From Basidiobolus meristosporus CBS 931.73 (Eukaryota; Fungi; Basidiobolomycota): 64,000 nt of DNA. Both the position numbers and the translations under genes were made by a program. Below the pieces are notes generated by a model. That model was given only the letters and a program-made list of their open reading frames with translations. It was not told the origin of the DNA and made no database searches. Location of the stretch: assembly GCA_002104905.1 (NCBI GenBank), contig MCFE01000075.1, positions 119,341 to 183,340 of the forward strand, read 5' to 3'. Positions 55,647 to 64,000 of the stretch are shown piece by piece. Each line of letters starts with the position of its first letter. The first letter of the stretch is position 1.

Positions 55647-56025
55647 GTGTGGACCTATGCAAGATTTATCCTTAGGTGGGATGAAGTATACAATCATTTT
55701 TATTGATGATTATACAAAATTCACATGGGTCTACTTCATGGAGAAAGAGGAAGAAGCTCTGTCTAATTTCAGGGAGTTCAAAGCCATGGTGGAGAGAGAA
55801 ACTGGTGAAAAATTCAAGAAAATATGCTCTGACAATGGTGAAGAATATAGCCCAGAACTCTTCATCCACTTCTGCAAAATTCATGGGATAAAGCAAGAGA
55901 CAACTGTACCATACTCCCCACAGCAAAATGGAGTAGCAGAACATGCAAACAGACCAATAATTGATATGGCAAGATCTATGATCCATGATCAAATATTATC
56001 CTATAATTTTTGGGTGGAATCAGTT
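55647..56025 (+). pseudogene. Ty1/copia integrase core fragment
   Basis: CGPM......GG.KY...FIDDYT...WVYF, SDNG.EY, T.PYSPQQNGVAE..NR.I..MARSM, FW. Confidence 0.92.
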
Positions 56026-57366
56026 CCCTATGAAAAATTATTGAGATGATCCCATCAAAAGGCTGTCACAAAGTTAATGTCCCATGACTGAGAGGTACTG
56101 ATCATGTCAGGACTCTGTCTAGAGGCTGTTGAAAAATAATTGCACCCCAGATTTCACAAAAAACTTTGTCAAAATTTCTCATCACAACAATATGTAAGTG
56201 GCTTTTGATTGGTTCCCTGCCAATTTGCTCACTTTCTGATCCTGGACACTCTATTGCCTCCTACATTTGTGTGAATTGATTGGCTATTGCCTCTTTTTCA
56301 CACTCCTTACTTCCTGACTCAACTGTCTCTTACTTTTCATGCGTACATATTGATTTATTTCCGTTGAAACTTCAGTTGTACCTCAATGGCCAATTGTATT
56401 GACCTATACTAGTCTCTATACCCTACACCAACATTAAGCCCAGCCCCACACTCAACAAGTAACTCCATTAAAATCCTCCACTCAATAAGTATTTCTGCTG
56501 TAACGCTCTGGTTCCACAACTTTGGCAGGAACCCAACGGCTTTATGTCACTGTTCACTCACTGGTTCCCACATGTCCTGGACTTCAGCTGGCACTGCAAG
56601 GTCTAGCTCCTCATCTGCCAGTCTTTGCAATAAATCCTTGCAATATTCCAGTGCATTTTCTTGAGCACTGCTCTTGAAGAAGTGCTGCAACCTTTTGGTG
56701 TGCCTATTAATGTTCCAAAACTCCACTGAAGGCATTGTGATAGTCTTTTGAGCTCTTGACATTGTAGCCTTGTCTGTCAGTGGGATCTCCACTCTGTCAA
56801 CAATGGAGGCTGTGGAGGCTGTGGTAGACAAATTGCCTTTTTCAGCAAACTCATCTACCTTGCTGGAGTGTATCTCAACTGGCTGAGCTTCCAACTCTTG
56901 TGAAAACAGCTGTTTTCTTGTTGGTAATTCTTCTTGGCTATGATGGGATTCAGTGTGTGCCTGGCTTGTGGCGTTAATTGGCAAGAACTGCAGTTTTTTT
57001 TGCATGCCTCCCTGTCTCAGGCTTGGGTAGACATTTTTCCCTTTACCTTTTCCTTTATCACTGCTACTTTGTCTGAGTGCTTCTTGTAAAGAACTATGTT
57101 TTCTCCTGGATAAATTCTGCTCTGACGCATCTGTTTTGGCCTGCTTGTCCCTTGCTGGCACTCTTCTGACAACCTGATGTTTCTTTTCATCTTGTTTTGA
57201 GATCTCAACTGTAGTTGTGACGGGCTCCTGTAAAAGTGGCTGGTTTTTATCACTGCCAGGTCCTTCACTGCTACTTTGACTGGGTGCATCTTGAGTGGTA
57301 CTACGCTTTTTCCTTGATAAATGTTGTGCTGGTGCATCCATGTCTGCCTGCTTGTCCTTAATCGGC
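56026..57366 (-). mobile_element. Accessory-ORF arm (copy 3) of the CMC-like element, with TIR at 56026, truncated at 57366 by the telomeric array
   Basis: Starts CCCTATGAAAAATTATT; homologous to 1-1120 and 7300-8530; retains CpGs. Confidence 0.8.
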
Positions 57367-58421
57367 TTAGGGGGGGGGGAGACAGTCACCAACAGGTGAA
57401 ATCTTTATTTCAGTTGAAACAAAGAAGCCAGCGCTACTGTTGTAGCTTTGATATAAGAGTGTGTAGCTGAGGGGAATTTGTAGGTAAGTTAATAAGAAGT
57501 GATGATAGTTCTTCAGTGCTCAAGACACTGTTCAGTGGGAAGGGGGGTAGCAAGAGAGGTACAAATGACTTGTGAACAACATTAATGAGGGGAATATGAT
57601 AAGGATTGATATTCATCATAAAGGGAGTGTGCTGCTGCAGATATTGCTGCCAAAGGTCTGTCAAGTACTTCAGGTAGGCCAGCTTGGGTTTTTCTGACAG
57701 CAGAATATAGTGAGCAAACTTCTTGACTTCAGGATCTCCAAGTATAGTTCTCCAGCAGGAGTCAGGTGTAGTGTGGTGTGTTCTCTTCCAGGCCTTAATC
57801 AGTGGGTTGTTGCAGTGGTGAAGTCTGAGGTATAATCTGGTTCTAAGGTAGAGAAGTCTGAGCTTATAGGGCATAAACCCAAAAGCACCAAGAATAGCAT
57901 GTCTGTAGGGGCATTCAGGCAAATGAGGCACCAAGGAGGTAATACACCATACTGCAAACTTGTCAAGCTTAGTGCAGTCTCTAGAAGTAAGAGAGAGAAG
58001 TGGTAAGCCAAATTCCAGGACAGGGAAGACAAACTGCTTGAGTAGAAGGAGGCAGCTGGGAGCTGAAGTTGTAGGAGGAGTAACAGCCAGTAGCTTGTGG
58101 AGTGCCTGTCTTGCCAGGATAATTCTCTTCTTCAGGTGTGCTCCAGAGTCTAGTCCAGTTGGAAGGAAAGGAAAGCCAAGATATGTAGCAGAAACCTGAG
58201 CAGGTAGAGTGGAGTTCTCCAAGTTGATGGGAGAGCCCAAAGGTATTGTCTTTGCAATGGAAAGCTGGAGATTATTCTTCTGCAGATACTGGTGGATGGT
58301 CTGGGAGTCTTGTTGCACATTGGAGGAGGATATTCTGATGTCATCAGCAAAGAGAGTAACCAGGCAGTCAGCTGAGAGTCTTGGGAAATCATTCAGGAAG
58401 ATGGCAAACAGTATAGGACCA
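57367..58421 (-). mobile_element. Unit A1: 3' ~1.05 kb of the LINE-type RT element
   Basis: Open frame from GPILFAIFLNDFP through FADD to ...SKLQQ* (57434), then a short 3' UTR and the tail. Confidence 0.92.
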
Positions 58422-60845
58422 GGGTTAGGGGGGGAGACAGTCACCAACAGGTGAAATCTTTATTTCAGTTGAAACAAAGAAGCCAGCGCTACTGTTGTAG
58501 CTTTGATACAAGAGTGTGTAGCTGAGGGGAATTTGTAGGTAAGTTAATAAGAAGTGATGACAGTTCTTCAGTGCTCAAGACACTGTTCAGTGGGAAGGGG
58601 GGTAGCAAGAGAGGTAAGAATGACTTGTGAACAACATTAATGAGGGGAATATGATAAGGATTGATATTCATCATAAAGGGAGTGTGCTGCTGCAGATATT
58701 GCTGCCAAAGGTCTGTCAAGTACTTCAGGTAGGCCAGCTTGGGTTTTTCTGACTGCAGAATATAGTGAGCAAACTTCTTGACTTCAGGATCTCCAAGTAT
58801 AGTTCTCCAGCAGGAGCCAGGTGTTGTGTGGTGTGTTCTCTTCCAGGCCTTAATCAGTGGGTTGTTGCAGTTGTGAAGTCTGAGGTATAATCTGGTTCTA
58901 AGGTAGAGAAGTCTGAGCTTATAGGGCATAAACCCAAAAGCACCAAGAATAGCATGTCTGTAGGGGCATTCAGGCAAATGAGGCACCAAGGAGGTAATGC
59001 ACCATACTGCAAACTTGTCAAGCTTAGTGCAGTCTCTAGAAGTAAGAGAGAGAAGTGGTAAGCCAAATTCCAGGACAGGGAAGACAAACTGCTTGAGTAG
59101 AAGGAGGCAGCTGGGAGCTGAAGTTGTAGGAGGAGTAACGCCCAGTAGCTTGTGGAGTGCCTGTCTTGCCAGGATAATTCTCTTCTTCAGGTGTGCTCCA
59201 GAGTCTAGTCAAGTAGGAAGGAAAGGAAAGCCAAGATATGTAGCAGAAACCTGAGCAGGTAGAGTGGAGTTCTCCAAGTTGATGGGAGAGCCCAAAGGCA
59301 CTGTCTTTGCAATGGAAAGCTGGAGATTATTCTTCTGCAGATACTGGTGGATGGTCTGGGAGTCTTGTTGCACATTGGAGGAGGATATTCTGATGTCATC
59401 AGCAAAGAGAGTAACCAGGCAGTCAGCTGAGAGTCTTGGGAAATCATTCAGGAAGATGGCAAACAGTATAGGACCAAGCACAGAGCCTTGAACCACTCCA
59501 TTAGGAACTGAGAACACAGCTGATTGCTCACTTGGGTGCAGAATTCTTGCTTGTGGATCCAGAAACAGAGACCTGACAAGGAGGGTGAGAGAGGTACTGG
59601 AGAAGCATTGCAACTTGGACCAAAGCAGATTTCTGTCAACTGAATCAAAGGCCTTAGTAATATCAAACAGAACAGAGGGATACTTGCACTGGAGAGAGTG
59701 ATCTTGGCTAAGTATGACTGCATATTCCAAGGAGAGGCCAGGAACAAAGCCAAACTGTGCAGGATGAAACTTGAGGGAGTCAGAGTAGAGCTCCTGGGCA
59801 AGCAGAAGCTCAAACACCTTTCTGCAGGTGGGCAGCAGAGATATTGGCCTGTAGGAGCTAGGATCCAGGTGCTTTCCTTTACCCTTGTACAGTGGCAGAA
59901 CATTTGCAAGGGACCATTCCTCAGGAGTAGAAAGCTGGGCTGAGCATTGCTGAAACAGTGGAAGCTGAAGTGCAGACATGGCCTTGGTACTAGTCTTCAG
60001 AAGCTCATAAGAGATTGTGTCCACACCTGGAGCAGTAGAGTTGGGAAGCCTCTTGAGCACATTATGGATTCTCCTTTGATCAAGTGCAAGTGGGATGGGC
60101 AGAGTCTTGAAGTCAGGATGAAAGCCAGGAGTTGAGTACTGCTTTGTAGAGAAGAAGATGTTAGCCAGCTGTTCTGTTGAAGGTAACTTCCTGGAAGAGG
60201 GCCTCATTGCCCTGTAGAGTCTTGATACTGTTCTTGTTATAGAGTTGGAAGATTGCAGAGGCAAAGAACTCATAATATGATCCCAGAGCTGAGTATGCAG
60301 AGTGTGGTGAATTGCCTTGGAGTGGTGTATTGCTGTCAGGAGGAGTTTCTCTGTTTTTGGGTTAGGGAAACTCAGGTAGCTTTGTTGCATGGCTGAAACA
60401 ATGGATTCCCATTTTCTTGAGGTAACAGCAGTAGTGTTGCATGGTAGTGAGAGGGAGGCAGACACCAGAATCAGATGCTTCACAAAGAGCCAGGCATAGT
60501 TGAGATCATCTGGCAGAGAAAGTAGCAAACTGGCAAGCTTCAAGTAGTTCCCAAAGTCTTTCTTCTGATTCTTGGTAGCTTTGTGGGTGAGCACAGTAAG
60601 TTTTAGCAGCTTCCTCTTCACAACTGGTTGCATAGAAAGGGACCAGGCTGGGTGGTCAGAGGCCCTCAAGGATCCTAGCTCAGCTCCAGAGAATTGCTTA
60701 ACTTCATTCACAAAGTAGAGGGCAGCAGCAGAAGGGCAGATCCAGTCAACACATCTTTTCTCAGATTGAGCACCTAGTGCTAGCAGGTGGCTTTCTCTCA
60801 GGAAGTTCAGTAGGAATGTAGACCTTGGCTTCATTCTTGCAGTGA
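58422..60845 (-). mobile_element. Unit A2: longest RT unit (2.4 kb); reading frame 60834->58489 (781 codons) with one premature TGA at 59209-59211
   Basis: APGVDTI, W..A.V.PLYKGKG...P..YRPISLL, FDITKAFDSV, GV.QGSVLGPILF and FADD define a non-LTR RT. VDWI..SDH near the N-terminus resembles the C-terminal end of an APE endonuclease. Confidence 0.92.
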
Positions 60846-61518
60846 GGGTTAGGGGGGGATGATAATCACCACAGGGTGAAATCTTTATTTAAATCATAAA
60901 TAAAGAAGCCAAATTTGAACATGAATATTTGAGATGCAGTAAGCCTACAAGATAAACTTGGACTTTGCTGTATCCCAAATATCCTCAATACTGAAGTCAA
61001 GTGGAGAATGTAGCAAAACTGCCTGCTCACTGTAGTGTTTCTTGAGGAAGTTTGTGACTTGAAGGGAAGGAGAGTTTTTCAACAAGCTGGTAAACCTTTT
61101 GAGGAGTTCTTTTTCCAGAGAGAATGGAACAAAGAGTGGAATGTCCAAATGATGTCTGAATATATGCTCTGAGAGCTCCCAATCCAGCATATTTTTGACT
61201 TCTTCTGTAAAATCTTCAACAATATCTTTGTCAAGAATAACTTCCAAGAGATCCCTGGCAATGTACTGAATGTTAATAATCTTAGGCATATGAATACCTA
61301 GGTCCTTGAGGTAGTTTCTTTGTTCTGAAATTGGGAGATAGCCAGCATTTCTGAAATAGCAAACAGCCCAATTGGCAGTGGGAGGAGTATCAGGGCTGAC
61401 AGGGAATCTTCTTCTGGCTTTAGGGTGCACTGGCTTAGGTGACTGTCTTATTGAAAGAGCAGCTGGCTTTGGATGAGCTTGAAGTGCTTGGGAGTATGTC
61501 TGAGTATGAATAACAGGA
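60846..61518 (-). mobile_element. Unit B1: RT-less unit with a 5'-truncated ORF (stop at 60945)
   Basis: Own 3' UTR and tail variant; protein homologous to the unit C ORF. Confidence 0.85.
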
Positions 61519-61679
61519 GTTAGGGTAGGGGGGGAGACAGTCACCAACAGGTGAAATCTTTATTTCAGTTGAAACAAAGAAGCCAGCGCTACTGTTGTAG
61601 CTTTGATACAAGAGTGTGTAGCTGAGGGGAATCTGTAGGTAAGTTAATGAGAAGTGATGATAGTTCTTCAGTGCTCAAG
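61519..61679 (-). mobile_element. Unit A3: ~160-nt 3' stub of family A
   Basis: Tail plus the end of the RT ORF, nearly identical to 58422-58578. Confidence 0.9.
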
Positions 61680-61860
61680 GGTTAGGGGAGGGAAAGTCAC
61701 TAAAGTAGGTGAAATCTTTATTTGATTTCAGACAAGTCTAACTACAAATAAAGAAGCCAGCTGGGAATCGAAGATTCCCAAAGTAAATACTAAGTTGAAT
61801 ATGAATATATCTAAGCTAAAGTTAAGGCAGTATCCCAGAGTACACTGGAGTTCAGGTTCA
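61680..61860 (-). mobile_element. Unit C1: ~180-nt 3' stub of family C
   Basis: Nearly identical to 62943-63121. Confidence 0.9.
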
Positions 61861-62913
61861 GGGTTAGGGGGAGACAGTCACCAACAGGGGGGGGGGGAGA
61901 CAGTCACCAACAGGTGAAATCTTTATTTCAGTTGAAACAAAGAAGCCAGCGCTACTGTTGTAGCTTTGATACAAGAGTGTGTAGCTGAGGGAAATTTGTA
62001 GGTAAGTTAATAAGAAGTGATGACAGTTCTTCAGTGCTCAAGACACTGTTCAGTGGGAAGGGGGGTAGCAAGAGAGGTAAGAATGACTTGTGAACAACAT
62101 TAATGAGGGGAATGTGATAAGGATTGATATTCATCATAAAGGGAGTGTGCTGCTGCAGATATTGCTGCCAAAGGTCTGTCAAGTACTTCAGGTAGGCCAG
62201 CTTGGGTTTTTCTGACTGCAGAATAAATTCTGCAAACTTCTTGACTTCAGGATCTCCAAGTATAGTTCTCCAGCAGGAGCCAGGTGTTGTGTGGTGTGTT
62301 CTCTTCCAGGCCTTAATCAGTGGGTTGTTGCAGTGGTGAAGTCTGAGATATAATCTGGTTCTAAGGTAGAGAAGTCTGATCTTATAGGGCATAAACCCAA
62401 AAGCACCAAGAATAGCATGTCTGTAGGGGCATTCAGGCAAATGAGGCACCAAGGAGGTAATGCACCATACTGCAAACTTGTCAAGCTTAGTGCAGTCTCT
62501 AGAAGTAAGAGAGAGAAGTGGTAAGCCAAATTCCAGTACAGGGAAGACAAACTGCTTGAGTAGAAGAAGGCAGCTGGGAGCTGAAGTTGTAGGAGGAGTA
62601 ACAGCCAGTAGCTTGTGGAGTGCCTGTCTTGCCAGGATAATTCTCTTCTTCAGGTGTGCTCCAGAGTCTAGTCCAGTAGGAAGGAAAGCAAAGCCAAGAT
62701 ATGTAGCAGAAACCTGAGCAGGTAGAGTGGAGTTCTCTAAGGTGATGGGAGAGCCCAAAGGTACTGTCTTTGCAATGGAAAGCTGGAGATTATTCTTCTG
62801 CAGATACTGGTGGATGGTCTGGGAGTCTTGTTGCACATTGGAGGAGGATATTCTGATGTCATCAGCAAAGAGAGTAACCAGGCAGTCAGCTGAGAGTCTT
62901 GGGAAATCATTCA
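61861..62913 (-). mobile_element. Units A4 (abortive ~27 nt) and A5 (~1.03 kb 3' part of the RT element)
   Basis: GGGTTAGGGGG-AGACAGTCACCAACAGG then G-run-AGACAGTCACCAACAGGTG...; RT C-terminal ORF 61952..62836. Confidence 0.9.
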
Positions 62914-62950
62914 GGGTTAGGGGTTAGGGGTTAGGGTTAGGGTTAGGGGG
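62914..62950 (+). repeat. Internal telomeric tract GGG-(TTAGGGG)2-(TTAGGG)2-TTAGGGGG
   Basis: Read directly between the truncated A5 and the tail of C2. Confidence 0.95.
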
Positions 62951-63913
62951 AGGGAAAGTCACCAAAGTAGGTGAAATCTTTATTTGATTTCAGACAAGTC
63001 TAACTACAAATAAAGAAGCCAGCTGGGAATAGAAGATTCCCAAAGTAAACACTAAGTTGAATATGAATAAATCTAAGCTAAAGTTAAGGCAGTATCCCAG
63101 AGTACACTGGAGTTCAGGTTCATGGGGGAGTGAAGTAGATAAGCTTGAGAGATATAATAATCTTTTAAGAAGTGGGTAACAGCAGGTGAAGGGGAGTTTT
63201 TGATAAGTGAAGTGAATCTTGAGATCAGAGATTCCTCTAATGAGAAGGTCTTGTAAACTGGAGAATCAGGAAACTCTTTGAAGGCATGGTCAGTAGGTTC
63301 CCAGTAAAACTGGTCAGAGACATTTTGAGAGAATTGTTTAGCAATACTTTTGTCAAGTACTACCTCCAGAGTGTGATGGTTGATAAATCTCATGTTGACA
63401 ATCTTGGATAAGTTGTAACCTTGTTGCTTGAGATACATCCTATGCTGAGATATGGGAATAAACTCCACATTGGCAAAGTAGCAGACAGCCCAGTCAGTAG
63501 CAGGAGGCAAATCAGAAGTGGCAGGAAACTTTCTTTTGGTCTTGGGAGGAGCAGCAGGATGTCTTGAGGAAGCAGGAACAGACTTTTTGACAACTTCAGA
63601 GTAGGAAGAGTGAGCAGGAGCAGATGATTCTTGAGGAGTCTTGTTGGCAGGAAGAGTTGTCTCAGGGACAATAGATTCTTGCAGATCAGAGAAGGCAGAA
63701 AAGAGCTTTTGAACTTGTTTCTTGAGTAGAGCATTTTCAGCTTCAACAAGTGCAAGCCTTTCCTCAAGGAAAGAAATCTGAAGGGAATGGAGTGAAGGCA
63801 TAAGAAATAAGAAGAAGAGGGTAAGATGGGGTGGGTGGGTGGGAAAATTAGCAGGGAGAAGAGAAGGAAGGAGCAAAAATTCCAGAAGTCAGAATTTATA
63901 GATGGATGGACAA
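62943..63913 (-). mobile_element. Unit C2: ~1-kb RT-less unit containing a complete ORF
   Basis: Pyrimidine-rich 5' leader, then the ORF, 3' UTR and tail. Confidence 0.88.
63073..63801 (-). CDS. 242-aa protein of unit C (coiled-coil N-terminus, P/S/K-rich linker, conserved globular domain); putative ORF1/Gag analogue
   Basis: ATG at 63801 and stop at 63073. LEERLALVEAENALLKKQVQKL shows a heptad pattern. The domain aligns with the unit B ORF. Confidence 0.75.
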   Translation of the reverse strand: MPSLHSLQISFLEERLALVEAENALLKKQVQKLFSAFSDLQESIVPETTLPANKTPQESSAPAHSSYSEVVKKSVPASSRHPAAPPKTKRKFPATSDLPPATDWAVCYFANVEFIPISQHRMYLKQQGYNLSKIVNMRFINHHTLEVVLDKSIAKQFSQNVSDQFYWEPTDHAFKEFPDSPVYKTFSLEESLISRFTSLIKNSPSPAVTHFLKDYYISQAYLLHSPMNLNSSVLWDTALTLA

Positions 63914-64000
63914 GGGTTAGGGGGGGAGGAAAGTCACCAAGTGGTGAAATCTTTATTTACTTATGACAAGTATCTAAAGAAGCCAAGTTAATCTGAAGTT
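63914..64000 (-). mobile_element. Unit D1: 3' tail of a fourth family, running off the window
   Basis: GGGTTAGGGGGGG-AGGAAAGTCACC-AAGT-GGTGAAATCTTTATTT...TAAAGAAGCC with a different downstream sequence. Confidence 0.85.

Larger units (their letters stand above)
57367..64000 (-). mobile_element. Head-to-tail array of telomere-associated, 5'-truncated non-LTR retro-units (at least 9 units)
   Basis: Every unit boundary on + is (GGG)TTAGGG(G)n followed by ..TCACC-N4/6-GGTGAAATCTTTATTT..AAAGAAGCC. All ORFs are on the - strand. Confidence 0.92.

Noticed and set aside
57380-57432. Hammerhead ribozyme in the unit tails (as in Penelope-like pLTRs)
   Set aside because: No CUGANGA core with the GAAA junction arrangement on either strand.
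57434-58447. ORF starts 'MVTVSPP' (also at 56547..57392 and 60945..61547)
   Set aside because: These are TTG starts supplied by the adjacent unit's tail reading through the junction, not real initiation sites.
58422-60845. Penelope-like (Coprina/Athena) identity of the RT
   Set aside because: The motifs (YRPISLL, KAFDSV, QGSVLGP, FADD) are LINE-type.

Overview
Eukaryotic genomic window, probably from an early-diverging (non-Dikarya) fungus. That placement is an inference from short GT-AG introns, TTAGGG-type repeats, a phenylalanine hydroxylase and an AFG2B-like ATPase. There are three zones. (1) 1-9.9 kb: CpG-depleted nested transposon debris, comprising a CMC/EnSpm-like DNA transposon with CCCTA termini and a Ty1/copia pol plus LTR. 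(2) 10.2-54.4 kb: about 20 mostly intact housekeeping genes (COA6, SIW14, DBF4, MRP7, tricalbin, CNS1, TMS1, CoA-transferase, GT34, DIM1, PPR protein, CZIB, Ras, APSES factor, an unknown protein, MFS, CBM19 protein, PAH, PDK1, AFG2B, GH17). (3) 54.4-64 kb: transposon relics, then from 57367 a head-to-tail array of 5'-truncated retro-units. Every unit starts on the + strand with a telomere-like GGGTTAGGGGGGG seed followed by the same double-hairpin 3' tail. Four different families share this tail: one LINE-type RT unit, two homologous RT-less single-ORF units, and a fourth cut by the window edge. The polarity fits reverse transcription primed on the G-rich chromosome end. This segmented, telomere-extending retroelement system is the main candidate for an undescribed system. 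Also notable are a 2-nt microexon in Ras and directional CpG decay between repeat copies. All coordinates and motifs were read by eye, with no database searches.
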